From Dipteris shenzhenensis (lineage: Eukaryota), in the NCBI GenBank assembly GCA_047967505.1, contig CM106538.1: a DNA stretch of 64,000 nucleotides. One strand, written 5' to 3'. Below the pieces are notes generated by a model that was not told the DNA's origin, did no database searches, and saw only the letters and a program-made list of their open reading frames with translations. Every line of letters starts with the position of its first letter. Position 1 is the first letter of the stretch. The position numbers and the translations under genes were made by a program. This document shows positions 49,420-61,412 of this stretch, piece by piece.

Positions 49420-51013
49420 TCTATGTGGATTTCCGCAAAGCCTTTGACACAATACCTCGAGCTCGACTCATCACACGCCTACAGGCACTAGGATTCGACC
49501 AGGAGATCATCTGGGCAATCATGGCACTTTATGAGAGTGTCTCAGGCAGAGTTCGGACAGGCGCAGGTTGGACAAATGAGACCTTGAGCACCATAGGGGT
49601 CAAACAGGGTTGTCCCTTATCACCAACCCTGTTTAGCCTCTACATCGATGAGCTTGAGACTTTCATGGGGGCTTCCGGAGGGACCAATTGCTCGCTTGCC
49701 GGGATCATCATCAAGATTCTTCTTTATGCAGATGACGTGGCACTCTTATCATCCACACCCGAGGGGCTCCAGCGACACCTGGACGCACTGCAGGCTTTTT
49801 GTTTATCCCATGATTTGGAGGTCAACCTTGGCAAGACCAAGGTCATGATCTTTAACACCTCTCAAGCAAACATGCACCGGAAGCAGTTCACTTTCGGTGG
49901 GTCACCAGTTGAGATCGTATCCTCATACACTTACTTGGGGGTCATCTTCTCCGGCCTGACCTTCACGATGAGACCAGCCATGCAAGCCAGACTGAGCAGG
50001 GGATATGCCTCACTGGCTCAGCTAGAGAGACAGTGCTTCCACTCCCACTTCCAGGACCCTCGGACCAAGGCTCTCCTCTTCGACTCCTTGGTCCGACTAG
50101 CCGGTATGTATGCCAGCTCTTGTTGGGGACCTAACATGTCAAATATAGAGTAGACACAGGTGGAGCGCCTGCAGATCCTTATGCTCTCATGGATGATCCG
50201 GGGGAACCCATCTGTACCACATCATATCATTCGGGCCGAGTTTGGTGCTTCTCCACTCCAGCTAGATGCAGCCTTTCAAACCATCACATATCTACACCGG
50301 GTTAGATCATATGGGGACTGCACATCAGGGAGACAGAGGTTGCCATGGTTGGCTCTCAGTTCCTCCAAGAGGTTGGCAGCAGAGGGAGATGAGCGAGGCT
50401 GGTATGCACAGACTCACAGATGGTTTGTGAGACTGGGGTTTCACATCGATAGGATACCTCCTTTTCAATACAGTTTGGATGCCCCTCCGGTACTCCTACC
50501 CACCATCCCGATCGGGCTACACACCAACCAGGTCATTCGAGAGGATCTCATGCAGCTATACACCTTTAGAACCTAGTTGGAGCCGAGGGAGCTTCCAGTG
50601 AAGCTGAGCTTCTACACACTCACTTCAGAAGAATTTGCAAAGATATCTTCATTCCACTGTTATCCTGCAACCATATGTATATTCAAGCACACTGTCTTCG
50701 TATTTCGGAGGAGGGATTCATCACGCCACTGGGGTACACTAAGCTTCACATGCCTCACTCACTATGGATCTCCATCGGACAATTTCGGGTATCATCACAC
50801 CGCCTCCGCATAGAGAGCGACAGAGCAGAGGGGATCCCAAGGGAGCATCGCATATGCACATTATGCGACTGTCAGGAGGTTGAGTCGGAGGAGCATTTTA
50901 TTTTCAGGTGCCCAATGTACTACGAGATCCGAGGTCGCTACCACTGTCTCTTCAGAGACGGCTTCGGGCTCCTTTCCAGATTCCTCGCTTACCCAGATCA
51001 GAGATGCCTAGCG
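49420..51013 (+). mobile_element. 5'-truncated RTE-type LINE ORF2 (RT and Cys/His finger), interrupted by the chromovirus
   Basis: DFRKAFD, GVKQGCPLSPTLF, LLYADD, YTYLG, CTLCD...EEHFIFRCP; in-frame stops at 50151 and 50574. Confidence 0.92.
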
Positions 51014-51387
51014 GCATCTAGGAGGCGGTCCGTGTGACCGAGAGCTTTGAAGACTCCAGAATGGCCCTTAGTGGCTTGTAATAGGATTTAGTCTAGATTT
51101 TAGACAAGTGGCATGTTGCCAATTTGAATGGAGCTTGAAGCTCTTGTAAAAGAAGGGATTTTTCACATTTTGTAATAGGGATTTTACGAGATAGCTCTAT
51201 GCTGAACTTCTGTAACAGATTTTCTGGAATGAATAAAGACCTTCGGGGGGGTCCAGCCCGACGATTTGTCCTGGGCCCTAGTGCATCTTGAGAGAGAGGG
51301 AGTGAGGAAGAGTTTTTTTTTTTAGAGCTTAAATCCCGTTGTAGAAAGAGTGGTGATAGCTGTCTTTCACCTTCAGTCTGGTTTTAT
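51014..51387 (+). repeat. 5' LTR remnant (3' 40 percent only)
   Basis: Matches 58117-58490. Confidence 0.92.
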
Positions 51388-51399
51388 TGGTATCAGAGC
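51388..51399 (+). promoter_or_regulatory. Primer-binding site, tRNA-iMet type
   Basis: TGGTATCAGAGC directly after the LTR. Confidence 0.92.
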
Positions 51400-52130
51400 A
51401 AGGTTTGCTTTTTTTTTTTCCTTCAAAGAAGCACGGTTCAAGATTGCAAGGGGGGGGGGGGGGGGGGGGTTGTGTACCCAATAGCCCGTGAAGGTCCCAG
51501 TGCGTGGAGAATTTGGTGCACGACTAAAAGATCATCTTGGTCGCACATTTTCATTCCTGCACATCGTGAATGTTGATGCCGAAAAAGTGAAGCGATCGTT
51601 TGTGGAGGAAGATTTGTTGATGACGGTGATCTCGATGGAAGGCCAAGTGCATTTTGAGAAGTACTGGGCGCATATGGAGGGGACAATTGACTGTCATACC
51701 CTTCCGCTAGCGACTAGATACACCTAGTCTTTACAAGCAAGGAAGCTTGTGGACACGCAAACGGCGTTGTCCACCTGAACTAGACACGGCGAAGAAGAAG
51801 TGTATACGCGAATAGGAACAGACGGAGATTCGTTGGGTTGGCGACGCTGAGTGCTCCCACCAGACGTGAATGTCAATTTCGCTGGCTCAATATTCCGTCA
51901 CGCTTCCCGTGTGGTGACGACGCCTTCAAGCGTAGCGACTTCTTCACGGAGGCGCAGGCTCCTTGTCTAACAGAGTTGCGGACGGAGATAATAAACGCGA
52001 GCTAAAATCCTTCCATGGCTGTTTTTGCGACGCTTCATGGAAGGAGATGCGTCGGTGAAACAGGGGCGTAACGCGCGATGCGTGATGATCGACAGAATTC
52101 CGTCGCCTGCACCCCCGTCTTTGACCTTAG

Positions 52131-52268
52131 CAGCTGACGTGGCAGATCTAACACGTGGCAGACAGCTCAGCAGCTGACGTGGCAGATCTAACACGTGGCA
52201 GACAACTCAGCAGCTGACGTGGCAGTACACGTGGCAGACAGCGCAATTGCTGACGTGGCATGCACGTG
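52131..52268 (+). repeat. 40-bp tandem repeat with seven ACGTGGC (G-box/ABRE-type) cores in the element leader
   Basis: CAGCTGACGTGGCAGATCTAACACGTGGCAGACA(G/A)CTCAG twice plus degenerate units. Confidence 0.85.
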
Positions 52269-52894
52269 TGAGATGACCTGGCATTCTGACAGGTGACATG
52301 GATGCTGACATGGATAACCAGGGGTTCATTTAATTAAGCTTGGTAGTGGACTGGCTAGAGGTCCAGTTAGTTGACCCAACCAGACCAGTCAGGTCACACT
52401 GCAACCAGACTGTGACCAGTCCAGTTGGCCCAGTTGCAAACTAACCAGACCAGAACCAATCAGTCTGGTTAGAGTAACTAGCCAGTTACTCTATCTGGTT
52501 ACTGTTCCTTTTCCCAAAAAAAAAAAAAAAAAACAACAGTTGCAGAGATTGTTTCTGCTAGTGATTTTCATCTGTTTGTCAGACTTTCTACTGTCAGAAA
52601 ACAGCAGAAAAACAGAGGAATCAGAGATTTGCAGAAAAAGAGTATGCATGCCTTTGAGCAGTAAAAAGAGGGAAAAACAGATGCCTTTTGAAGCCATCTG
52701 CAGCAGCCAGAAAAGGGCAATATAGTTGTTGATGCTTTGGCCACTGTGTGGGTATATGCCTTGAACTGACAGCCAGTACTGGCATAGAGTGTAAATGCAA
52801 AACACCTCTTGTTGAGGTACTTTTTCTGTTGAAAAAGCAAAAGTAGAGTGCATCAGTTACCCGCACTGTGTGAGAAACCTGCAGATCTCAGAAT

Positions 52895-54256
52895 ATGGAT
52901 CAATCACCTATCCAGTGGGATTCACAAGATAGGGATGTACATCCAGGACAGAGAAATGTGCCGCAAACTCAACAAGAATTTGAACAGATGGTATGCACTC
53001 GTATACAAGAGCTGGAAAATCTCAAAAGGGATCCCAGGGCTCAGTATTTGTTTCCAGCAGAAGCTATGCATAATCCAGTGTATGACGTGCCAATGCCAGA
53101 GGCACACTCTCGTGTACAGTCTGAGAAAGAGAGATCTCATAGATCTCATAGGAGACGGTCCCATAGTAAAAAGAGATCGAGGCATCATCACCGATCTCCT
53201 AGTCCATCACCGTCTACCTCGAGTTCGACTTCTGTGTCTTCTTCTTCCTTATCAGATAAACCATCCAGGAAAAGAAGGAAACACGAGAAGTCTAGGAAGA
53301 GAAAGTCTTCCAAAGCGACCAGGGAATTTAAAGAGGGAGGAAAATCTGTCAAGTTTATGACCTACAATGGACAGTATGGTCATACAGACAAAGCATTGCA
53401 GTTTATCAGACAGTTTGATGCTGCATTCGGTACAGAAAAATTTTCAGAATCCTCCAAATTAAGAATGGTCAGTTTACACTTGACAGCAACGGCTAGTGCA
53501 TGGTGGAGTGCACTGACCACAGATGGGTCAGCCCCAAGGAAGTGGAAGGGCTTCAAGAAAGCCTTCTACCAGCAGTTCATGCCTAAACAGTTTAGAGACC
53601 ATGTTCTTCAAGATTGGGACAGCTTGCACATGGATGCAGGAGATACAGTGGATGGCTACAACCAAAAGTTCTGGGATGCTTATTTGCAGGTTGCACCGTT
53701 CAAAAAGATCTCCAAAGGCACCCAGATGAGGAAGTACAGAGCAGGTCTCACTCCAAGAATTCAGGCAGTAGTGAATGCTTTGGGGGCAAAGAATATTCAA
53801 GATCTTATGCATTCAGCTTCAGTAGCGAGTCTTGTGCCGCTACAAGATCCATCTACAGTGCCATCCCTGCATGAAGGACGTGTTGATAAAAAGAAAACTG
53901 ACTTTACAAAATCAGAAAAGAAAGAGTACCCCAAGGCTGAAAAGAAAGGGTTTCAGCCTCAGAAGCCGAGGGGTACTCAGTTTTCAAAGACTTATAAGGG
54001 CAAATCTCTATTCACCCCTGAACAGATAGCGGAATTCCGTAGAGATGGGAAATGCTTCAGGTGCGGTAAAGAGGGGCATGTGGCTGCCCAATGCCCAGAA
54101 AAGCCTTCAACATCGAAGGGAAAAGAGGCAGAGAAGCCACGAGGACCGCAAAAGCCAATGGCGGGGGGTATTCCTGATATACTGGGTCATGCTTTGAACC
54201 CAGAAGAACGAGAGTGCTGCTATCATGGGGCAAAGTTAGAGACCAGCAAGCGCTAA
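52895..54256 (+). CDS. gag: Gag (capsid-like domain and CCHC zinc knuckle)
   Basis: 453 aa [14 protein letters not shown]...[24 protein letters not shown]. Confidence 0.92.
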   Translation: MDQSPIQWDSQDRDVHPGQRNVPQTQQEFEQMVCTRIQELENLKRDPRAQYLFPAEAMHNPVYDVPMPEAHSRVQSEKERSHRSHRRRSHSKKRSRHHHRSPSPSPSTSSSTSVSSSSLSDKPSRKRRKHEKSRKRKSSKATREFKEGGKSVKFMTYNGQYGHTDKALQFIRQFDAAFGTEKFSESSKLRMVSLHLTATASAWWSALTTDGSAPRKWKGFKKAFYQQFMPKQFRDHVLQDWDSLHMDAGDTVDGYNQKFWDAYLQVAPFKKISKGTQMRKYRAGLTPRIQAVVNALGAKNIQDLMHSASVASLVPLQDPSTVPSLHEGRVDKKKTDFTKSEKKEYPKAEKKGFQPQKPRGTQFSKTYKGKSLFTPEQIAEFRRDGKCFRCGKEGHVAAQCPEKPSTSKGKEAEKPRGPQKPMAGGIPDILGHALNPEERECCYHGAKLETSKR

Positions 54257-57200
54257 TTTTATTTGATCCAGGGGCTACTGATAATTTTATATCAGAGGAT
54301 CTAGCCCTGACGCTGGGAATAAAGACGGAAGAGTTCGGCAGGGCTTTGGATGCCGATCAAATGTTTTGTGGGAATCCTGTGCCAGTTACTACCTTGATAG
54401 GGAAGCTCCGTCTTCATGTTCAGAGTTATGTGGACCAGGAAGACTTTTTCATTTCTCCACTGAAACATTATGATGTAGTTTTGGGGATGCCTTGGTTTCA
54501 CCGCAAGGCAGTGAAGTTGACTCTTCCTGAAAGAGTGCTGGAGTTTGTGCATAGGGGGAAAAATCAGCGTTTAATTGCCAGAAATAAAGGGGACACTATC
54601 CCCATTGTATCTGATGTTTCATGCGGTAAAGCAATAAAGTCTGCAATTTCTGCGTACATGGTTTTTGTAAAAGAAAAAGAGAATGATATGCATGCTGAAA
54701 TGAATGATGCAGACAAAGATAAGTTTCAGTTTCTGGTAAACTTTAAAGATTGTTTTTCTGACGTTTTGCCAGGGGAGTTACCCCCAGAGAGACCTGAAGA
54801 TCATCAGATAGAGTTAATGCCTGGTAGTGAGCCACCAAATAGACCCCCTTATAGAGTCAGTGCGACTCAGAGAGAGGAGATTATGGCTCAGGTACAGGAC
54901 TTGCTGTCCAAAGGGTTGATTCATCCCAGCTCGTCTCCTTTTTGTTCCCCTGTACTATTAGTACAGAAGAAAGATGGTTCATTCCGTATGTGCATCGATT
55001 ATCGCGCACTGAACAAAATGACCATCAAGAATAGATTCCCTATTCCGCGTATTGATGATGTACTCAATCAGTTAAACGGAGCTTCAGTTTTCAGCAGGAT
55101 AGACTTGAAGAGTGGCTATCACCAAGTGAGGATACAACCTCAGGATGTACACAAGACAGCATTCCGCACTACATTCGGGTTGTATGAATACTTAGTGATG
55201 CCTTTTGGGTTGACAAATGCTCCAGCCACATTCAATAGAATGATGGATCGTATCTTCCGGAAGTACAGGCATTTTACGGGTACTTTCTTTGATGATATCT
55301 TAGTTTTTTCTAAGACAGAGCAAGACCACAGAGAGCATCTTGCTATAGTGTTTCAAGAGCTGAGAAATCATCAGCTCTATGCAAACAGCAAGAAAAGTGA
55401 ATTCTTCCTGGAAGAAATCCACTATCTGGGGCATATAATATCCAAGAATGGGATACAAATGGATCCAGCAAAGATCCGTGCCATTCAGGAATGGCCAGAG
55501 CTGAAAACTGTGCATGAAGTTCGAAGCTTTTTAGGCTTGTGTTCTTACTACAGAAGGTTTATCAGACATTTTGCTGATATCGCAGCTCCATTACATGACC
55601 TCACTAAGAAAAATGCAGCCTTCACATGGGGATTATCACAAAAGAAAGCATTCAATACACTCAAGGAAAAGTTGACTACAGAGCCTATTCTGGTAGTTCC
55701 GGATCTTTATCAGTCTTTTGATGTGGATTGCGATGCTTGTGGAGAATGTGTTAGGGCTGCATTGCATCAGAATGGTCATGTAGTAGCCTATGAAAGCAGG
55801 CGACTTCGGGATGCGGAAAGATATTTAGGAATCTATGAGAAAGAGTTATTGGCTGTAATTCATGCCATCCATACATGGAAACACTATCTTTTGGGTGCAG
55901 ATTTTACTGTCAAAACAGATCACCAAAGTCTGAAATACTTTTTGACTCAGACCAAGCTTTCAGAGAAGCATATGAAATGGGCAAACATGCTGTCAATGTA
56001 TCATTTTCAGATTGTCCATACTCCAGGAATTCGGAACAGAGTGGCAGATGCCTTGTCCCGAAGACCCCAGGTCAATAATGTAACTATTGCTTATCATCAA
56101 GACCTGGAAAGTATGAGGGAGCAATATGCTCATGATTCTGATTTTGGTGAAATTTTACAGCAAATGCAAGAAGGGCAATCCACCAGTCACTATTCCCTGA
56201 AAGATAGGTATTTAATGAAAGATGATTGCCTATGCATCACCCAGGAGATGAGGAAAAAGATTTTGGGGGAATGCCATGCACCTCCCTATGCTGGACATAG
56301 AGGAATTACAGCAACAACTCTAGCCCTAGAAAGGTATTTCTTTTGGCCAGGAATGCGGAAAGATACACATCAGTTTGTTACTGAATGCCTTACGTGTCAG
56401 AAAATAAAGTACGATAGACGGAAGGCACCTGGCCTACTTATGCCTCTTCCCGTGCCTCAGGCACCATGGGAAAGCATTACAATGGATTTTATTTTTGATT
56501 TGCCGAGATCAAAGTCAGGGAATGATGGGATTTGGACTATCATTGATAGATTCAGCAAGCAAGCTCATTTCCTTCCGGTTCGCAAAACCATAAAGGCAGA
56601 TCATATGGCTAAGCTGTTCATGGCACAGATCTTTAAACATCATGGTATGCCTAAGTCCATTGTTAGTGATCGAGATCCCAGAATGACCAGTCTATTCTGG
56701 AGAGCTTTATTTGATAACATGGGGACGAATCTGAATTTTTCTTCTTCTTTCCATCCCCAGACAGATGGTCAAAGTGAAGTAGCAAATTCTACCATTTTGG
56801 ATATGCTGAAATGCTACGTGGGTGACCAAAGTTCAGACTGGGAAAAGTACCTACCGTTAGTAGAGTTTGCTTACAATAATACAGTACATAGCTCTACAGG
56901 GAAAGCCCCTTTTGAAATCATATATGGGAAAGTGATTTTGCCACCTATATTAAGGACCAAAGATGAAATATTTGCAGCTGATCAGTTTGTAAGAGACCTC
57001 CAGACAGCTTACAACCAAGTCCGGACAGCAATTGAAAGGTCTCAAGAGAAACATAAAAGAGCTGCAGATAAACATAGGAGACAGCTAGATCTCAAGGAAG
57101 GGGACTGGGTACTTTTGAGGTTTGAAAAAGCTAGGCTCCGCAAGTTTAAAGGCAAACAGAAAGTGTATGCAAAGTTATCTCCCAGATACTATGGCCCTTT

Positions 57201-57558
57201 CAGGGTTACAGAAAGAATAAATGAGGTTGCATACAGATTAGCATTGCCAGAGCATTGGAGGATTCACAATGCATTCCATGTGAGTCTTCTAAAGAAATTC
57301 CAGGGACCAGAGCCTACAGAACCAGTATCAGAAGATCCACCAGAAGTGGATGAGCTGGAGGAAGTCCTTCAGCCAGAGCAAATTGTGTACCATATTGTAC
57401 GTAAAGGCCCTCAGGGTAAGGAATTTTACAGGTATCTTGTAAAATTCAAGAATTATACGGCATTAGATGCCAAGTGGATGGACGAAGACATGTTATCCGA
57501 TCATCCACAGCTTTTGGATGTTTACAAGGAAGCTTTTCAGTTGAGGTCAACTGAATAG
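54214..57558 (+). CDS. pol: Pol (protease, RT, RNase H, integrase, chromodomain), in the -1 frame relative to gag
   Basis: 1114 codons uninterrupted; [44 protein letters not shown]...[23 protein letters not shown]...KW. Confidence 0.95.
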   Translation: MLLSWGKVRDQQALILFDPGATDNFISEDLALTLGIKTEEFGRALDADQMFCGNPVPVTTLIGKLRLHVQSYVDQEDFFISPLKHYDVVLGMPWFHRKAVKLTLPERVLEFVHRGKNQRLIARNKGDTIPIVSDVSCGKAIKSAISAYMVFVKEKENDMHAEMNDADKDKFQFLVNFKDCFSDVLPGELPPERPEDHQIELMPGSEPPNRPPYRVSATQREEIMAQVQDLLSKGLIHPSSSPFCSPVLLVQKKDGSFRMCIDYRALNKMTIKNRFPIPRIDDVLNQLNGASVFSRIDLKSGYHQVRIQPQDVHKTAFRTTFGLYEYLVMPFGLTNAPATFNRMMDRIFRKYRHFTGTFFDDILVFSKTEQDHREHLAIVFQELRNHQLYANSKKSEFFLEEIHYLGHIISKNGIQMDPAKIRAIQEWPELKTVHEVRSFLGLCSYYRRFIRHFADIAAPLHDLTKKNAAFTWGLSQKKAFNTLKEKLTTEPILVVPDLYQSFDVDCDACGECVRAALHQNGHVVAYESRRLRDAERYLGIYEKELLAVIHAIHTWKHYLLGADFTVKTDHQSLKYFLTQTKLSEKHMKWANMLSMYHFQIVHTPGIRNRVADALSRRPQVNNVTIAYHQDLESMREQYAHDSDFGEILQQMQEGQSTSHYSLKDRYLMKDDCLCITQEMRKKILGECHAPPYAGHRGITATTLALERYFFWPGMRKDTHQFVTECLTCQKIKYDRRKAPGLLMPLPVPQAPWESITMDFIFDLPRSKSGNDGIWTIIDRFSKQAHFLPVRKTIKADHMAKLFMAQIFKHHGMPKSIVSDRDPRMTSLFWRALFDNMGTNLNFSSSFHPQTDGQSEVANSTILDMLKCYVGDQSSDWEKYLPLVEFAYNNTVHSSTGKAPFEIIYGKVILPPILRTKDEIFAADQFVRDLQTAYNQVRTAIERSQEKHKRAADKHRRQLDLKEGDWVLLRFEKARLRKFKGKQKVYAKLSPRYYGPFRVTERINEVAYRLALPEHWRIHNAFHVSLLKKFQGPEPTEPVSEDPPEVDELEEVLQPEQIVYHIVRKGPQGKEFYRYLVKFKNYTALDAKWMDEDMLSDHPQLLDVYKEAFQLRSTE

Positions 57559-57570
57559 AAGCCGAGGGGA

Positions 57571-58494
57571 TGTCACCACAATGTAAATATCCTAAGTCAA
57601 AGTACAGTTGACCATTTATTTGATCATAATTAAAGAGTTTTATATGTGTTAATTACGGTCAAAGAGTTATTTTAATGATCAAAGGATTGACTACGGTCAA
57701 AGATACTTGACTCCAGTCAAGTAAACCTGACTGCGGTCAGAGAGTGTTGACTTCGGTCAACAAGACTTGGCATGCGCCAAGAGGGTTAACCCTGATTAAC
57801 CAAGATGTGCCAACTTTGGTTGGAGAGACTTGGCTATAATTAAGGCGCCTTGACCTTTGGTCAAAGCTCTTTAATTATAATCAAGAGTGTTGACTCCGGT
57901 CAACCAGAGAATATATATATGTTTATTTGTATATATATTTGTTTAGATGTGCACATGTGTTCAGTGGGGACGCCCACCGTGACTAGGATTAGTCCACAGT
58001 GTGTTATTTGCATGCAAAGCGCTAACAATTAATGGGTACCATGGTGGTGCGCTTTAATTAATTGTTGCAGGTACTAGGAAGGATTATTTTTCCTAAGCGA
58101 AATGGGAGCCTGACAAGCATCTAGGAGGCGGTCCGTGTGACCGAGAGCTTTGAAGACTCCAGAATGGCCCTTAGTGGCTTGTAATAGGATTTAGTCTAGA
58201 TTTTAGACAAGTGGCATGTTGCCAATTTAAATGGAGCTTGAAGCTCTTGTAAAAGAAGGGATTTTTCACGTTTTGTAATAGGGATTTTACGAGATAGCTC
58301 TATGCTGAACTTCTGTAACAGATTTTCTGTAATGAATAAAGACCTTCGGGGGGGTCCAGCCCGACGATTTGTCCTGAACCCTAGTGCATCTTGAGAGAGA
58401 GGGAGTGAGGAAGAGTTTTTTTTTTGAGAGCTTAAATCCCGTTGTAGAAAGAGTGGTGATAGCTGTCTTTCACCTTCAGTCTGGTTATATGACA
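57571..58494 (+). repeat. Complete 3' LTR, 924 bp
   Basis: Inverted termini TGTCA and TGACA; preceded by purine-rich AGAAGCCGAGGGGA right after the pol stop. Confidence 0.88.
57649..57903 (+). repeat. About 20-nt-period array of 5-bp-stem hairpins (TTGAC-N4-GTCAA type) in U3
   Basis: Perfect units at 57687, 57707, 57727, 57747, 57767, 57810, 57850 and 57890, with degenerate units in between. Confidence 0.85.
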
Positions 58495-58706
58495 TGCGGA
58501 GGATTCCACTCTCGCTCCAGTCTTTTTTCTTTTCATTGTCACACCCAGATGTATTTGATTATGTATGATTAGACTTAGGACTCAGCACGGGTGATGATGC
58601 TCGTTTAGTAGCTCCACCCTTACTGTGATTTGTATCAGGTTTTCTTTCAGTCTCATAGACCCATCGGTCCTCCGAAGACTCTAATAAAATTTCTTTCTTT
58701 CTTTCT
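58495..58706 (+). mobile_element. 3' end of the interrupted RTE-type LINE, with (TTTC)n tail
   Basis: Family tail motif GTCTCATAGACCCATCGGTCCTCCGAAGACTCTAATAA at 58650. Confidence 0.7.
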
Positions 58707-59601
58707 ATTTTTAGCACGTAGGACAAATTTATTGAGTATGTTTATGCATGTTTCTCCAATTCAAAAATTATATTTAGAAAAATTCATATTTGGAATATTT
58801 CCAAGATAGAAAGCTTTTTTCAAAACTCTTTCTTACACTCTATCTGACTACCATAGTCTCCTCGTCGCAGTTCTTCATGTAGTTTCTAAATTTTAGATTT
58901 TTCAAGATGTATTCAATTTTCCGCTCTACATTTTAGGAGTACATGCTACTCAAATGTTGCGTAAGGGAAGGATTTGAGTGCGGCAGTATGTAGGATACAC
59001 ATTGCCTAGGAGATGCCTTTCTCCCTTATGCTCTTCCAGCTCTAGGGTATGCTGCCCTTTCACTGCTGTGCCACCTAAGCCACCTTAGCTCACAAAGCTC
59101 ATGATTGAGCTTCCAACTTTCTCTACGATGTCTCACACTCCTAAGCGTGCAGATTCAAAGTGATCTTTTGGTCTTTTTAGGCAGCCTCCAACTGGAAGAC
59201 TAGAGAACCATACAAGGTTTAACCTACCTCACATGGCAGGCATCCCCATGCCTCTTTGAAATTATTTGCTGACCTTGAGTTTTGGCACTAAAGTATTCTT
59301 CTCTCTCTAGGCTGCCGTAGCCTCTATAAAGAAGAAAAGGTCCCTCCCAAGTCCCTCTAATACTCTCCTTCAAGCTACCTATGGAAGACCCAATAGAGAG
59401 CTATTGATAAGGAAATACATCGGTATGCAAGATAGAAATACATCGGTATGCATGACCAATGTCACTCAACACATAAATGTCACTTTAAAGTAGAACGTTA
59501 TTGCATGCATGCCAAACAAGTATTTTCTTTCTGTTGTGTGTGCATGCATGTGTGTGTGCCTGTGCGTGTGTGCATGAGGGGGGGGGGGTTTGGGAAGGGG
59601 G

Positions 59602-59638
<37 letters not shown>

Positions 59639-59642
59639 TTAC

Positions 59643-59794
59643 TTGATTTTATCACGCTCAAGAGCTTCATTCTCATCTAGGTACCGCAGTCGATGCATTG
59701 CATCTAATTCCTCCAGATACAAATCTCCCTTCAGCTTGGGATATTCGTACTTTTCACCTCTCAACTCTGCTTTCTCCCTTGCCTTGTTTATAGC
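59643..59794 (-). CDS. PTAC10: PTAC10/PAP3 internal exon (152 bp)
   Basis: AINKAREKAELRGEKYEYPKLKGDLYLEELDAMHRLRYLDENEALERDKI; aag acceptor and AA/gtaac donor; joining to 47861 gives ERDKINRLELGLPFEEPGRY. No upstream exons recognised in the window. Confidence 0.85.
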
Positions 59795-61412
59795 CTTCAT
59801 ATATCAACCCACCATAAATAACTCATGAGAGCATGAATAATTGAGAGAAGATTTTATCACAATGTCAATAGGAATTAAGTTTTTTGGATCCAGATTTCAA
59901 GAACAGCACAGGTTCTTAAAATTTCTAATTCTTCTTCATAAAGCAAGCCAAAATGAACGTTAACTTTGCAAAATCCTTAACACAAGACACCATGTTACAA
60001 AATCATATCATCTTCTATATTAATACATATAGGGTAGTGGTGCCATTTTTAAAGTCCACCTAACTCGTGCACACATAGTTTGGTTAATTTTGGCCAAACC
60101 TAAGGTTTGTGAGAGTCGCATGGCTTGCCTCCATGTGGAAAAAAAAAATAGTAGCAGTGGATGCGTGGAATAAGGAAATTCAAGGCATTCTACAATTCCA
60201 CTTGCAACAAACATGACAACCAAGTGGCATCTTATCACTTATTACCCTCCTATTTTGCATCACCTCAGACTCTAGCAAGCACATTCTATCGACCCCCTCC
60301 ATGGCTCTTGTGCACCTTTTTGCAAGACCTCCCCTCTCCCTTTCTCCGAAACCAGCTTCCCATCTCCTCCTTGAACCCTTAGACGAGCACACCATGATCG
60401 TCAGTAGCTCATTGCAGACCACTACTATGCACGAAGGGACTACCACAGAGACCATCTAGAGGTCTCTTGTAGAGCATTGCAGCATGCGTGGGACTGCACA
60501 ATTGGTCACTCTAGGCACGTTTTCTCATCATTTGCAAAGGAGAGAGACTTTCTCTCACTCAATAATCATTCTAGATGCATGTTTTGAGTCTCCTTTTCCC
60601 CTTGCATGCACCCCGGGTTGTAGGAGGGCTTCTCAAATGTCGGGTCCTTTTGTAAATGCTGTTGAATTATGAGTACTACACTCTTGGGACAACTTGTTCC
60701 CTCCAATTAGGAGGCTTTTTACCCTAGTCTCCTATGTAGAGGATATAATCCTCATATTGGTCTTTCTCAAATACACAACTCTTGCATGCTAAATACAACT
60801 CCACACTTTGGTGTTTTCGTCTCATCCCCAAACCCAATATTTGGGTTTAAAATCCTACACCCCTACAAGCTCAAGCTAGTCCTACTTTAGGACAACGTAT
60901 TTCAGCAAACCATCTTTCTTTCAAGAAAAAATCTTGACGGGTGAAGATGGGAGCCAGCACATTGTATGATAGAGTAACAATGGGAGTGGCTTATGATTGT
61001 CGATGCAGCCAATTGTCAGAATACATAAACGACGAGGAGCTGCCACCTAAGTTCTATGTGTCTCATTCAGCTCCGTCACTGCCAACCTGTGTGTCATTCC
61101 TCTATTCATAGTCACATGACACTCCATGTACCGTCTCAATTCTTTGAGAAGTCACTCGATTTGTCACTCCACCCATCACTCAGGCACTCAGTTCGTCACT
61201 CATGTTGCTTTCATCAATGCTCTTCGTTCGTGTGTCCTATAATTGAAGCTACATATTTGCCATCTACTGCTTTGAAATCTACAAATATGTGGTCCAATGG
61301 CAGAGTTGGGTCTTTTGCAAGAATTTTGACTCAGTGTGAATCATATTTTTAGGTCAAACTACAAGCATTCTCTGAATTTTTGTTTGCAGGATAATAGATC
61401 AACAAGGAGAAT

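Larger units (their letters stand above)
51014..58494 (+). mobile_element. Young Ty3/Gypsy chromovirus with a 5'-deleted left LTR, antisense in the PTAC10 intron
   Basis: LTR remnant 51014-51387, PBS, gag, pol with chromodomain, PPT at about 57557-57570, complete 3' LTR 57571-58494; about 7 differences in about 375 shared LTR bases. Confidence 0.95.

Noticed and set aside
52131-52268. CRISPR-like repeat-spacer array (also considered for 57649-57903)
   Set aside because: No unique spacers of suitable length and no cas genes; eukaryotic retrotransposon context.
58111-58494. Short 380-bp LTR with permuted ends from integration of a 2-LTR circle (TGACA at 58111 and 58490)
   Set aside because: A PPT followed by TGTCA at 57571 pairs with TGACA at 58490-58494, giving an ordinary 924-bp LTR; the left LTR is simply deleted.
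59800-61400. Further PTAC10 exons
   Set aside because: No open frame with recognisable pTAC10 sequence and splice sites seen; upstream exons probably lie beyond the window.
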